Assembly: GCF_963921235.1 (NCBI RefSeq)
Contig: NC_086097.1
Span: 240,066,001-240,130,000 of the forward strand
Reading direction: 5' to 3'
DNA: 64,000 nt
From: Mobula hypostoma
Lineage: Eukaryota
The translations under genes and the position numbers were made by a program. Shown one piece after another: positions 35,274 through 47,896 of the stretch. Each line of letters begins with the position of its first letter. Positions within the stretch are counted from its first letter, which is position 1. The notes under the pieces are model-generated. The model had not been told where the DNA came from. It saw only the letters and a list, made by a program, of their open reading frames with translations, and ran no database searches.

Positions 35274-37664
35274 TTAATAATCCCTTAGACCAGGCTCCAA
35301 CTCAGCAAACTTCATAGTGGCCAAAAACACTGATGAATTGCGACCAATGTAACCTCTCATTTGGTTTTGTCCCGGACCACAATAACAAGGGTCGTCCCAT
35401 TCCGACTCAGTTTTCTCTCGCAAGGGCTTAGTAGGAGGGGGACGGGTATTGACCGCAGAGTTATTGCAAAACTTCCTGCAGTACCCCACCATCTCCAAGA
35501 GCCTTCTGAGGGCCCTCTTGTCTGTCGGGGTTGGGAGGTCAGCGATAGCCTGCATTGTAGCTTGCATCACTGCCAGCTGCCCCTGTGTCACCACAATTCC
35601 CAGGTAAGTGACCTTCGTGTGGCCGAATTCATTTTTTTCAAGGTTCACTATCAAGCTGGCTTCAGACAGCCGTGTTAAATTGCCAATACACACCTCTGTG
35701 TTCATCAGCCCTTTAGTCACTGAATTACTCAAAAAATATGGGTGTTGTTTACTTGGCTGCCCTATTGTAACCACAATCACCCAACGTCCCAGTTCTTTGC
35801 ATTTCCTCGGGACAATCAAACACATGGGTGCGAGTCGTTTAATTACTCCTTCGGGGATTAAGGGAGAGACCTTATCAGTAGACCTGGCCAAAACAATAGC
35901 CTTCTCCCATCTGACCGATCCCATCCTAATCTTTTCAAAATGTTTTTTTCCTCTTAGCAGGGGGCCCCTAGCTTCATTGATTTCCACGCTAACACCGACT
36001 AGGTTTGTTAGCATATCAAAAGCCGGTGACCGTCTCAGTTCGCGTCGGTCATGATCAATAACATTTTTCCCCCTGGGCAGCCGGTAAACCTCTTTCATGA
36101 TTCCACCAACTGTTTCCTCCAGCACCACAAAATGTCCACCGGGGGGTACCTCGTGGGCCATGTTAAAAACCTCATCCCCATAACTCTTTTGCACCACCCC
36201 CCACTCCTCATCTGCGGATGCTGTACTTGATTTCCCTTTCTTCCTTAGCACTTCCTCATCCGCACAATAGCCTACTCGTTCCCTTGCTAAAGCTGTGTCA
36301 GAGAGAGCTGTCTCTGCAAAAACCATCAGCCCCTCGTCTCGCTCCTGCGTCTGCACAAATTCTTTCCTGGCTACTGCTACATCTGTCCTAGCTCCCTCAC
36401 TACCTTTTATCTCACTACACCCTGTCTCATACAAGGTTGGCAGAAATGTTTCAGCCAAATTCACTATCGCGGGCGGGGCCTCAATGCTGGCAGGCTGACC
36501 TGTCAATCTTACGACTGGGAACACGATTCCTCCGGCGATGTCATTACCGAGCAAGACTTCCACGTCTTTCATCGGTAATTCGGACCTCACCCCGATCGTG
36601 ACTAGTCCAGAGACCAGGTTGCTTTGTAAGTGTATCTGGTGCAAAGGGACTGACTCTGTCCCTTCCCCAACACCTTTGACCTCTACCTCCCCAGTCTGGG
36701 TCTCTGAGCTAAACTCTAATACACTCTTCAGTATTAGTGACTGACACGCTCCCGTGTCTCTCCAGATCCGCACTGGAACTGGTTTTAACCTCTCCTTCAC
36801 TGACACCAGTCCGGCCGAGATAAACCTCTCGCGCCCTTCCTGGACTTTTTCAGACCTGTCCTTCCCTAGCGGTTCGCTTAACAGCTCAATACAGCCATTC
36901 CAAATTTCCGCTTTTCCTTTCCCCGTCTCCTTCCTTGGGGCAAAGCACCTGGACGCAAAGTGTCCGACTTTCCCACAATTATAACAGACGACCCCAGGAG
37001 ACTTCCTACCAGACTGCTCCCGGTCTACCTTATCCTTTTCACTAGTACCCGGCTTACTTTCTGACTTTTCCGGCGGACTCTCCCCGCCGTCCTGACTACC
37101 CTTCTGGTAGCCTTTACTCGGGGCAACCTTCATTTTATGCGTCAACGCATACTCATCCGCTAACTTAGCAGTTGCGGCTAACGTGGCTGCCTCTTTCTCA
37201 TCGAGGTAGGGTCTCATACCCTCAGGGACACAACCTTTAAACTGCTCAATCAGAATCAGCTGCAGCAGTCTGTCATAATCCCCCTCTACCCCTTTCGAGG
37301 CGCACCAACGCTCACAATATGTTTGCATCTCGCGAGCAAACTCCAAATACGTGCGGTCCCACCGCTTCCTCGCATTCCGGAACCTCTGCCGGTATGCCTC
37401 CGGGACCAACTCATAAATCCTGAGGATGGCCTCCTTCACCACCTCATACTTCTGGGCATCTTCCGCGGATAAAGCGGAGTTAGCTTGTTGGGCCTTCCCT
37501 TTCAGTACACTCTGAAGTAAGACAACCCACTTATCCCTCGGCCATTCCTGACTTATAGCCACCTTTTCGAAATGAAGAAAGTACCGATCCACATCGGTAT
37601 CGTCAAATGGGGGAACCAGCCTAACCTCCTGGGTCGCCCGGAACCCTCCACCTTGGTTCGGCAC
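35274..37664 (-). CDS. Gag (SCAN-like domain, CCHC knuckle)-protease fused to eroded integrase/RT remnants
   Basis: LVPEAYRQRFR...LILIEQF (SCAN-like), CYNCGKVGHFASRC, RDTGA...LLGND, HEVPPGGHF, NLEKNEFGHTKVTYLG; no YxDD and no DDE core recognised. Confidence 0.85.
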   Translation of the reverse strand: MPNQGGGFRATQEVRLVPPFDDTDVDRYFLHFEKVAISQEWPRDKWVVLLQSVLKGKAQQANSALSAEDAQKYEVVKEAILRIYELVPEAYRQRFRNARKRWDRTYLEFAREMQTYCERWCASKGVEGDYDRLLQLILIEQFKGCVPEGMRPYLDEKEAATLAATAKLADEYALTHKMKVAPSKGYQKGSQDGGESPPEKSESKPGTSEKDKVDREQSGRKSPGVVCYNCGKVGHFASRCFAPRKETGKGKAEIWNGCIELLSEPLGKDRSEKVQEGRERFISAGLVSVKERLKPVPVRIWRDTGACQSLILKSVLEFSSETQTGEVEVKGVGEGTESVPLHQIHLQSNLVSGLVTIGVRSELPMKDVEVLLGNDIAGGIVFPVVRLTGQPASIEAPPAIVNLAETFLPTLYETGCSEIKGSEGARTDVAVARKEFVQTQERDEGLMVFAETALSDTALARERVGYCADEEVLRKKGKSSTASADEEWGVVQKSYGDEVFNMAHEVPPGGHFVVLEETVGGIMKEVYRLPRGKNVIDHDRRELRRSPAFDMLTNLVGVSVEINEARGPLLRGKKHFEKIRMGSVRWEKAIVLARSTDKVSPLIPEGVIKRLAPMCLIVPRKCKELGRWVIVVTIGQPSKQHPYFLSNSVTKGLMNTEVCIGNLTRLSEASLIVNLEKNEFGHTKVTYLGIVVTQGQLAVMQATMQAIADLPTPTDKRALRRLLEMVGYCRKFCNNSAVNTRPPPTKPLREKTESEWDDPCYCGPGQNQMRGYIGRNSSVFLATMKFAELEPGLRDY

Positions 37665-37687
37665 GAGCCCCTGCTCGGCCCTTATCT

Positions 37688-38248
37688 TTAACTTCTCCAG
37701 CTCAAATCCCTTTCCCTCTGTTTCTCCTCTCTCTCCAACTGTCTTTCTCTCTCTTGCCTTTCTACCTCTTTCTCTCTCTCTTGCCTTTCTACCTCTTTCT
37801 CTCTCTCTTGCCTTTCTACCTCTTTCTCTCTCTCTCGCCTTTCTAACTCTTTCTCTCTCTCCCGCCTTTCTAACTCTCTCTCTTTCTCCCGCCTTTCTAA
37901 CTCTCTCTCTTTCTCCTGCCTTTCTAACTCTCTCTCCTGCCTTTCTAACTGCTTCTCTTCGTGTTCTAACTGCCGTACCCGGAACTCGTGCTCGAGTCTC
38001 AGTTTTTCAAGCTGTACCTGTACCGCGTCTCCAGCAGGTTTTTCAATAGACACCTCCCCCAGCTCACCTTGGGGAAACACACCTTTAAATACATAGTGCT
38101 CTACAATAGCTCTGTGTATCTCCTCTCTCCTCATTGTCGACTTCACCTTAGCAAGATTCACCCGTTTGGCCACAGCTATCAATTCCGATTTCCTGGCATC
38201 CTCTAATGCCTCCAAGGTCGGCGCCTTTATAAATTCCTCAACCTCCAT
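37688..38248 (-). CDS. gag: Gag N-terminal part with E/R/K-rich repeat; joins the downstream ORF via a 1-nt frameshift near 37707
   Basis: ATG shortly downstream of the PBS; adding one base at ...agggatttgag gives EFELEKLKIRAEQGLVPNQGG continuous with the 796-aa ORF. Confidence 0.8.
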   Translation of the reverse strand: MEVEEFIKAPTLEALEDARKSELIAVAKRVNLAKVKSTMRREEIHRAIVEHYVFKGVFPQGELGEVSIEKPAGDAVQVQLEKLRLEHEFRVRQLEHEEKQLERQERELERQEKERELERREKERELERREREKELERREREKEVERQEREKEVERQEREKEVERQERERQLEREEKQRERDLSWRS

Positions 38249-38324
38249 TTCTGCTGTTTGTCTTTTCTTTCTTTCGGGAATTTTAACCCAATCAATTTAC
38301 TCCGTCCCAAATTTAGCGTTCAAA

Positions 38325-38343
38325 ATCGCGGACGAGAACCCCA
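38325..38343 (-). promoter_or_regulatory. Primer-binding site, tRNA-Pro-like
   Basis: TGGGGTTCTCGTCCGCGAT versus canonical tRNA-Pro PBS TGGGGGCTCGTCCGGGAT; 4 nt from the 5' LTR. Confidence 0.7.
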
Positions 38344-38347
38344 CTTA

Positions 38348-39204
38348 TGTTACGTACCCCGTAACTGGGTTGCCAAACCAGCAGAAATGGATCACTCAGT
38401 TGGAGTCTGGAGTACTAGAACTAAGAAAGTTTTATTAAAGAAACAAGCAACACATTAATCGAAAGGATAATAAATGCAACAGTTCAGCGATGATAAACGC
38501 ACATGTGCACAGAATTAAGATAACAGCATCAATCAAGCTCTATCGTTGTCTAGGGGTAAATGACCAATTTCAAAATGACTCAAAGTTCAGTCCAGTTTGT
38601 AGTTCAGTTCGCAGTAATCGTTGCCATGGCGATGGACAAGGTGGGGGAAGAGAGACAGAATAGGAACAACTGATCATTCAGAACACTGCTTCACTCACAG
38701 ATCAGCGAGATTGCTCACAAACAGCATTTGGGCGGGTCCTTGGTGATGTCACCTGAGGTCACCGACTGTGACCCCTCCTCCAGATGCGGTCGATCCTCTG
38801 CAGTGAACCCGGCACCCAGGCAAGTGCGGACACACACCGGGTTCCCGCTGATCGTACCCTTCCACCCTTGTCGTTGTCTGGTACTTCTCACCCACTCGTG
38901 AGAGGCGCACCGCTTCCAGGGTCTCGTTACCTCGGGTGGTGTGTGTCTGTCTTAGCGAACCTGTCCCTTTTTATCCCCCTGCTGGGGTATCGCCTGTCCA
39001 TCACTTCAAACAGTTCAGGGTTCAAAGGGGGGAGCCGCTCCAGACAGCTCTCTCTCCCACATCCCTTCATTACACATCTCCAGACGCTGCTCCATTGTTC
39101 CTTATCTCTCCTTCCCCTGAGGGCAGGTGGCAGACCAACTGCTGATGCCACTGATGCTAGCCCAGGCCAGCAAACATCTTAATTTTATGTGTATTCTCGT
39201 AACA
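38348..39204 (-). repeat. 5' LTR (857 bp)
   Basis: Direct repeat of 34247-35101; followed by the PBS on the minus strand. Confidence 0.95.
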
Positions 39205-39239
39205 TCATACACTATCACTCCATTATCACTCTGCAGTCA

Positions 39240-40045
39240 GTATAATCTCCACCATTTATCCATAGAGGTTTGACAGAGTTTTAGATGTAATGCCAAATCT
39301 TCACTAGCTTCCAAGGAAGTAGAGGCACTCCCATGCTTTCTATGCTATTGCATTTATATTCCTCTGAGGAATTTAAAGTTGCTGACCCTCTCCACTTCTG
39401 GTCCCCCAGTGAGGACTCCCTTATAGACCTCCAGTCTCCTCCCACTGAAGCCAATACTCATCTCCTTAGTCTTGCTGACATTGAGTGAGAGGTTGTTGTT
39501 GTGCCACCAGTCAGCCAGATTTTCAATCTCGCTCCTAAATGCTGAGTCGCCACCATCTTTGGTTCGGCCAACCCACAGTGGTGCCATCAGCAAACTTAAA
39601 TATGTTATTGAAGCTGTGCTTAGCCTTACAGTCATAAGTATAAAATGGGTAAAGCAGAGGGCTAAGCATGCACTCTTGTGTTCACCTGTGCTGATGGAGA
39701 TTGTGGAGATGTTGTTGGAAAACGGAATTGACTGGGGTCTGCAAGTGAGGAAGCTGAAAATCCAGTTGCACAAAAAGCTACTGAGGCCTCGGTCTTGAAG
39801 CTCATTGATTAGTTCTGAGGGGATGATAGTATTGAATGCTGAACTGTTGTCAATAAAGAACATCCTTTGCTGTCCAGATATTCCAGGATAGATTGAACAG
39901 CCAATGAAATGGTATCTGCTGTCAACCTGTTGTGACGGTAGACAAACTGAAGCAGATCCAAGTCACTTCTGAGGCAGGAGTTGGTCTGTTTCCTCAGCAA
40001 CCTCTTAAAGCAATTCATCACAGTGAATATCAGTTATTGAGGCAG
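39240..40045 (-). mobile_element. Rex1/Babar LINE RT fragment
   Basis: MNCFKRL...DLLQFVYRHNR, FIDNSSAFNTIIP, LSLNVSKTKEM. Confidence 0.85.
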
Positions 40046-40549
40046 ACTAGCACATATTTAGAATTTGTAGAAAAGAAGTTACAGGCCTTTTTTTATCCTA
40101 TGTTAATAAAGCGAGTACATTTCATTGCCATGATGTATTAAACAGCTTTTGGTTTGATGCTAATATAAATAAAATATGTTTTTTCCTTGTTCTTTTCTGA
40201 TTCAGCAGCAAGAGGCTTTCACAAACATAGGAGACACCGTACACATATTCATGATTATAAGAAATGCCTTTAATAGAGTTATAACAAAATTAAATACATA
40301 AATAAAGAAAAAAAGTTTAATGAAGTCGTGAAAGAGACAAAATAATACTTATCAGCCTATCACTAAGCCACACTACACAATATTCTGCCACTGTCTGAGA
40401 GCTTTTCCAGTCTCCCACTCTCCACCTAGGTGTCCTCTGTTTCCAGCTCTTAGCATTAGTCATGACCCAGTCTAAGAGAAGATTCCTACACTTATACAAC
40501 AAAATTGCTCCTTTATATACCCTTCAATAATCCAACATAACTTTACCCT

Positions 40550-40742
40550 CACAAAATGCTGGAAGTATTCAGCAGGTCTGGCAGCATCTATAGAGAGGAA
40601 TAACGAACCGATGTTTCAAGCGGAGTCCCTTCCTCAGGACCTCTTTATTTATTTCCATAAATGCTGCTTGACCTGTTGAGTTCCTCCAGCATTTTGCGTT
40701 TGTTAGTCTGGATTTCCAACATCTGCAGAATCCCTTGTATTT
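40550..40742. mobile_element. Miniature fold-back Penelope terminus with degenerate 13 bp TSD
   Basis: caaaatgctggaag...gcagcat / atgctgc...ctccagcattttg inverted arms; flanks ataactttaccct (40537-40549) and ataacctttccct (40743-40755). Confidence 0.7.
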
Positions 40743-41224
40743 ATAACCTTTCCCTGAGTATTTTCCATCACTTAGTGGTTCCAGCTTATAACTTCTTATC
40801 TCTTGTAACATTTGGCCTAGGCATATAGCTTAAAAACAGAGGCTACAGACCTGTAAGGATGACCAAATTCTGCTCAAGAATCTAACCTCAAGGAAATGTG
40901 TTCATGCATATCTCCAGGCTATCTCTGCCCTCCAAACTGGCACTGTCCTGTCTTACGAATTTCCATTTTCTGTTACACATCTTATCATGTACCAAAGAGG
41001 AATTAAATTTCATTACAGCAAATAAGATTACTAAAAGAGTAAAACAATTGGATCATTTACAATGTTATGGGCATTTATCTGACCTGGATTAAGAGATGAA
41101 TGTTATGCAATATAAGTCCTCAATAGATAGTGTTATTTCCTATCTCTGTGGAAATGGATTGCACAAAATAAGTAAAATGGCATCAAGTAAGTATCCTCAA
41201 TCATTTTAACACATATTGCACTTC

Positions 41225-41680
41225 TTTGATCTTGTGGTGTTCGCCAAGCTTGGCAATTAGCTCACAGACCTTTCATCACAGTCGAGGTGACATCCTTAGT
41301 GCACAGTTGTTGGTGTTTCTCTCTGGGCGTGCTCACATTCATATAGCGCCCCCCCCCCCCGCCCCGTCTATTTTGATAGGTTTGTTTACAGATTTATCAG
41401 AAGAGAACTTCGCTTCTAAAAGTACTCGTGCCTGCTTCACGTTTGCTTGCACTAGAACACCTACAGTGTCCCGGTTAAAGTGGTGTCCTTCTTGGTCTTC
41501 AGTTACCAAGATCAGCAACAGTGGATCATGTCTCCGCACCACCAGTTTGTGTTCCCGTAAACGATTTGAGAGTTTGCATCCTGTCTGGCCAATGTAGTTC
41601 TTGTATGCTCCACAGGTGATTCTGTACACCACTTTGCTTTTGCCCGTTGTCTTAGTCTCAAGAGCCAAGGTACCAGCACC
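41225..41680 (-). mobile_element. Penelope-like element fragment (family of 15225-16058)
   Basis: ORF 41339-41668 VVYRITC...YIGQTGCKLSNRLREH; terminus similar to 15229-15340. Confidence 0.78.
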
Positions 41681-42224
41681 ATGGGATATTTTATCTCTTT
41701 ATGCATTTGTATAAAGAGATAAAATATCCCATGAAACTTTGCAAGAACCTGACGACTCTGTACTCAGAAAGAAATATTGAAGCAACTGGCTAAAATGTTT
41801 GGTCATAAGGATTGGTTTAAAAGAATCATTTAAATAAAAAGAGAGACGGAGAGCTATAAATGTTTTCGGAGTTAATTTCAAATCTTGGCGGGGTCAGCAG
41901 TGGAAGTCATGGTCATCCATCTTGAAGCAGTTCAAATTGGGAGTGCTGAAGAAGCCAGAATTAAAGAAGGACAGATATCTCAGAGTTCTCTGGAACAGGA
42001 GAAGGTTACAAAATTGGAGGGCTGAAGACAAAGATGGGAATGTTAATTGTAGGCATGGTGTTGACCATGTGGATTCCATGTACCTTAGGATACAAGCAGC
42101 AGACGTTTGGATGAAATGTGACATAAAGAGAATAGAATTTCACAGTTTGTCCTGGAGTTAATTGGAAGATCCAAGAGCAATATTAAAAATGGTACATGTG
42201 AGGATTACATGAACCCATTTCTAT

Positions 42225-42640
42225 AGATGTACCATGTAGAGCATTCTATCTGATTGCATCACCATCTGGTACGTGGGGGCCAACTGCACAGGATCGAAAT
42301 AAACTGCAGAGTTGTAAACTTAGTCAGTTCCCTCATGGGCACTATCCTCCATCGTGTCCAGGACATCTACAAGGAGCGGTGCCTCAAAAAGACGGCATCC
42401 ATCATTAAGGACCCCCATCACCCAGAACGTGCCCTCTTCTCACTTCTGCCATCAGGGAAAAGATACAAAAGCCTAAAGGCACACACTCAACGATCCAGTA
42501 ACAGCTTCTTCCCCTCTGCCGTCCAATTTCTGAATGGACATTGAACCCATGAACACTACCTCGTTACTTTTTCTACTTGTATTTTTGCACAACTTACTTA
42601 ATTTTGCTATACATATTTACTGTAACGCAGTGACTGACAT
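42225..42640 (+). mobile_element. Rex1/Babar LINE 3' fragment
   Basis: RCLKKTASIIKDPHHP.RALFSLLPSGKRYKSL...NSFFPSAV. Confidence 0.85.
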
Positions 42641-43589
42641 TTTCAGTATTTCAGAAACCACATCACCATGTAAGGGAAGAAAGCACATCACTGTATGCTC
42701 TAATATCTGCCCTCACCATCTCTGAAAATACTAGGAGAACAAACAGATCTCATAAACTCACTTATACTGCGATGTTACTGTCAATGCCATTCATTTATTG
42801 CTTAGAATATTTTATTATAAATGCTATGTTTAAAATATTATCTAATTAAATCATAAATAAAGCAAAATGGATCTGCTTGAATGTAGAAGAACATAATTAT
42901 TAACACCACTAAAAACTATATTCCACAAAGCCGATGTACCATTTTCAAAGCTTAAATTTTGGGATTAATGCAATATCCAGCACCCACCTGGGTACCACTT
43001 TAACAACGCACAAGAAAGTCAATAGCATCAAAGATTACTTCTCCCATAGCACTTGATATCCATACCCTCATTGCGGCTGCATACGTACTTGTCATAAAAT
43101 GTTTCAACATTGTCTTTTACAAGAGTATTGGTTTATTATTGACAACTGTTGTAGGTTACAATGAATCCTCAGGTGCTTGGAATCCATATGGTCAGGCATG
43201 CTTTTCATGCATACTATTCATATCGATCAAATCGGTACGTAGAGCATTGAAGTAGAAGACAGCAAACCAGTAACAATGCAGAGTAAGCCGTAAAAGCTAC
43301 AGAGAAAGTGCAGTGCAGGTTAACAATGAAGTGAAGAACATAATGAGGTAGATTGCAAGGTGAAGAGTGCATCTTATCAGACACAAGGACCAATCAATAT
43401 CTGAAAGCAGAGGGATAGAAGCTGTTCTTGAGCTTGGTGGCGTGTGCTTTCAAGCTTTTGTATCTTCCGCCTGAAGGGAGAGGGGAGAAGAGACTATGTC
43501 TGGGGTTGGTGGAGTCTTTGATTATGTTGGCTGCTTTACTAAGGCAGTGAGAAGTATTGGCGAAGTCCATAAAGAAGGTTTAATTTTTG

Positions 43590-43995
43590 TGATCCTTCAC
43601 GAGGATCACAACCTTGTCGTGGTTTGGAGTCTTACAGGCCTCAATAACCCAGAGAGTTATGTTGGTTGAAGTCAGAGCTTCATGTTTTGGCATTTGGTAG
43701 GGTCACCCAGGCCGAACAGGTCACTGCATAGAGAGCAGACTGAGTGGTCCACTGGTCCTCCAGGTTCGGGGGTTCAACTCAAGGCTGTCAACCTTTAGTC
43801 TAACAAAACTGCTACAGAAACAGCAATGAAGAATTCTGCTACGTCCGTTTGGATGGCATTCCCAAGTCTCCACCCAGAACTTGCATGACTGAAATCTGAG
43901 CTTCTGACATGATGAAGGACACTCTGAAAACCACCAGAGATGGAGGACCTTCATTACTGCCCTAAACACCAGCAGTATAATGGACAATGAATGAA
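43590..43995 (+). mobile_element. Probable RTE-clade-derived short non-autonomous element
   Basis: RTE-like 5' motifs (accttgtcgtggtt..., ggtagggtcaccc, ggtcctccaggtt) joined to a 3' end tggaggaccttcattactgccctaaac...(aatg)n; recognised from memory only. Confidence 0.45.
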
Positions 43996-44412
43996 TTTCT
44001 ATCATGTGCTGAGCTATGTCCACAAATCTGTATTCTCTATTTCTCCCGATTTTAACTATTCCATGGCTACAAAACTCATTCATAATTTTAGGAGATTCTT
44101 CAGAAGTTCACTATTTGCTTTGGGCAAGTCCAATACTGATTTCCACCCGAAATCTCCACTCACGCAGGCATAACAGACCTGTTTTCTGATTCCAGCATCT
44201 GCAGTCTCCTGTATTTCTATCACAACTGCTGCCTCAGTCTACAACTATCAGAATCCTGAACTGGTGTGGATAACTTCACTCAACCTACAGATTCACTCAC
44301 AAGGACATCTTACAATTCATATTCTCAGTAATTTTTTTAATTTGAAAAAATTGTCTTTTGTACCTTTGCTGTTTGTCGGTCTTTGTTTATGTATAGTTCT
44401 CATATATTGTAT

Positions 44413-46130
44413 CATAAGACCATAAGAGAAAGGAGCAGAAGTCGGCCATTCAGCCCATCGAGTCTGCTCCGCCATTTTATCATGAGCTGATCCATTCTCC
44501 CATTTAGTCCCACTCCTCTGCCTTCTCACCATAACCTTTGATGCCCTGGCTACTCAGATACCTATCAATCTCTGCCTTAAGTACACCCAATGACTTGGCC
44601 TCCACTGGTGCCCATGGCAACAAATTCCATAGATTCACCACCCTCTGGCTAAAAGAAATTCTTCACATCTCTATTCTGAATGGGCGCCCTTCAATCCTTA
44701 AGTCATGCCCTCTCGTACCAGACTCCTCCACCATCAGAAACAACTTTGTCACATCTACTCTGTCCCTGCCTTTCAACATTCGAAATGTTTCTATGAGGTC
44801 CCCCCTCATTCTTCTGAACTCCAAGGAGTACAGTCCAAGAACGGACAAATGTTCCCCATATGTTAACCCTCTCATTCCCAGAATCATTCTAGTGAATCTT
44901 CTCTGAACCCTCTCCAACGTCAGCACGTCCTTTCTTAAATAAGGAGCCCAAAACTGCACACAGTACTCCAAATGAGGTCTCACCAGCGCCTTATAGAGCC
45001 TCAACATCACATCCCTGCTCCTATACTCTATTCCTCTAGAAATGAATGCCAACATTGCATTCGCCTTCTTCACTACCGACTCAACCTGGAGGTTAACCTT
45101 AAGGGTATCCTGTACGAGGACTCCCAAGTCCCGTTGCATCTCAGAACTATGAATTCTCTCCCCATTTAAATAATAGTCTGCCTGTTTATTTCTTCTACCA
45201 AAGTGCATAACCATACACTTTCCAACATTGTACTTCATTTGCCAATTCTCTGCCCATTCTTCCAATCTATCCAAGTCTCTCTGCAGACTCTCCGTTTCCT
45301 CAGCACTACCGGCCCCTCCACCTATCTTCGTATCATCAGCAAACTTAGCCACAAAGCCATCTATTCCATAATCCAAATCATTGATGTACAACGTAAAAAG
45401 AAGCGGCCCCAACACGGACCCCTGTGGAACACCACTGGTGACTGGCAGCCAACCAGAATAGGATCCCTTTATTCCCACTCTGGTTTGTCAGGCAGGATTT
45501 TCAGGCAGGATTTTCCTTTAAGGAAACCATGCAGAGTTCTGCCTACCTTGTCATATGCCTCCAGGTACTCCATAACCTCATCCTTGACAATCGACTCCAA
45601 CAACCACCGATGTCAAGCTAACAGGTCTATAATTTCCTTTTTGCTTCCTTGCCCCTTTCTTAAATAGCGGAGTGATATTTGCAATCTTCCAGTCCTTTGG
45701 AACCATGCCAGAATCTATTGACTTTTGAAGGATCATTGCTAATGCCTCCGCAATCTCCACAGCTACTTCCTTCAGTACACAAGAGAGCATTCCATCTGGT
45801 CCAGGAGATTTATCTACCCTTAGACTATTCAGCTTCCCTAGTACTTTCTCTGTCGTAATTGTGACTGAGCACACTTCTCGTCCCTGACACCCTTGAGTGT
45901 CCGGTATACTGCTGATGTCTTCCTCAGTGAAGACTGATGCAAAATACTTGTTCAGCTCTTCCGCCATCTCCTTTCTCCCATTACAATTTCTCCAGCATCA
46001 TTTTCTATTGGTCCTGTATCTACTCTCACCTGTCTTTTAGTCTTTATATACTTGAAAAAGCTTGTAGTATCCTCGTTGATATTATTTGCTAGCTTCCTTT
46101 CATAGTTCATCTTTTTTTTCTTATATGCCT
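44413..46130 (-). mobile_element. CR1 LINE, 5'-truncated with internal deletion
   Basis: ORFs 45967-45578 and 45478-44663 with [30 protein letters not shown]; 3' tail (tcttatgg)n. Confidence 0.93.
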
Positions 46131-46399
46131 GCAAGAAAATGAATCTTTAGGTAGTATATGGTAATAAATATATACGTACTTTGATCAGAATCAGAATCAG
46201 ATTTATTATCACTGACGTGTTGTGAAATCTGTTAACTTAGCAGCAGCAGTTCAATGCAATACATAATATAGAAGAAAGAAAAAAATAAATAAATCAATTA
46301 CAGAATACATATATTGAATTGCACTCGTGAGTACGCATATTCCAACTAATTACCATATTATATTATTCAATGGCTTCCTTCACCAAAAGCCATTGGCTC

Positions 46400-47500
46400 A
46401 GCTCAGTAGTTAACACTATCAACATACCAGCAAAGAAGGTCTAATCATAGCTGATGCAGGTCAAAGATGACCTGGGACTCAGGACAACTGGCATTTACAG
46501 GATTCCCTGTGAATGAAAAGTGGCGTATATTGACCAGATGCGACGCACGGTGAAATCCTGCATCAAGGAGCACAGGAGGTGTATCCATTTAGATACCCAG
46601 AGAAACTGGCAGTCGCTGAACATTGCATTCACAATGGTCATAGGATTGACTTCGACAGCACAAAACTACTGTGCCACACCAATATCTTTTGGGACCACTT
46701 GGGGAAGGAAGCCATTGAAATAAAATAGAGAAAAATAACATTAACAAAGACAAAGATCTTGCTCTAAGTTAGAACTGGAATTCGATAGTAATCAAGGTAG
46801 GACAGTGCAAATCTGACAGTGGTAGGACAGGTGGGAGGAGAAGATGGCGATGCGATGCAGCGCGTGCAGCTCTCCGGTGAAATGATATCGTATTTGTTAA
46901 ATAGGGTACCGTGCACAATTCTGATTTGATGGAAACAGATGTGTGAAGGCACAGAGGAACATCTGGAAATTTCTGAAATGCCCGGTTCGCTGCCGCTGCT
47001 ACTGTGCGATCGAGAATCTCTGGAGGGAAGGTCCCAAAATCCCTGGCTTTGCCTGCTGCTGGCGACCGAGGCTGAGGTCGAATTGTTCAGCAGAGATGGC
47101 GCTCGGTATTCGGTGTCGGAGGCCTGATCGGAGCTCAAAGTTTTCGGACGACTCAGAGTCGGACTGTGGTCGGGCATGGCAGGGAGAGATTTCTTTCTTC
47201 TCCCGTCTGCGTGAGATGTGGGACTTTCGAGAGACTTTGAACTTTTTTACTGTGCCATGGCCTGTTCTTCATCAAGTTATGGTATTGTTGCACTGTTGTA
47301 ACTATATGTTATAGTTATGTGGTTTTTGTTAGTTTTTCAGTCTTGGTTTGTCCTGTGTTTCTCTGATATCACACCGGAGGAATATTGTATCATTTCTTAA
47401 TGCATGCATTACTAAATGACAATAAAAGAGGACTGCGTGTCCTCATAATCTAATCTGATTGGATGAGGACTAACCAATCAGGAGGGTCGGGTAACGGGGG

Positions 47501-47531
<31 letters not shown>

Positions 47532-47680
47532 CACTGGACTTGACATACCTTGGCATCCTGATGAAGGTGACAGAGTTTATCATCGAAATGTTGATTAAAA
47601 TTTATACATGTACCCGGCTGGAAGCCCAAGAAGAGTTTATTCATCATATACACTGGAAAAATACTATATCCTTTTTCATT
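46400..47680 (+). mobile_element. Penelope-like element, third family, split by insertion 46817-47451
   Basis: GIYRIPCE...YIDQ.RRTVKSCIKEH remnant; hammerhead core CTGATGA...GAAA at about 47558-47590. Confidence 0.7.
46817..47451 (+). mobile_element. Short non-autonomous retroposon (AAGATGGCG head), copy 2
   Basis: Colinear with 16062-16726; TSD aatctga at 46810-46816 and 47452-47458. Confidence 0.8.
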
Positions 47681-47896
47681 TAACTTTCAGTTTGAGAGTT
47701 CTAGTTACGGCCCCTGTTGGCCTAGCGTTTTATTGTTTTTTTTTCCCCTCTAAATTCTGCAGCAGTTCTTATTAAAGTCAGTGAACTGTCAAACTTCTTC
47801 AGGGTCTCCCTCTCCCTCTCTCTCTCTCTCTCCACACTCAGGCCATATCTGAACATTCCAACAATGGTAAGAGCACAATAAGTATACCCTTGCTAG

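Larger units (their letters stand above)
34247..39204 (-). mobile_element. Gmr1-like SCAN-domain Gypsy LTR retrotransposon, non-autonomous
   Basis: Two LTRs with TGTTACG...CGTAACA ends; 4-bp TSD tcat (34243-34246, 39205-39208); PBS, PPT, gag-pro ORF; integrase remnant precedes RT remnant. Confidence 0.93.

Noticed and set aside
37695..37720. Programmed -1 frameshift between the two gag ORFs
   Set aside because: The GGGAAAG heptamer is not in the X XXY YYZ phase and the break lies inside Gag; a 1-nt deletion or sequencing error is simpler.
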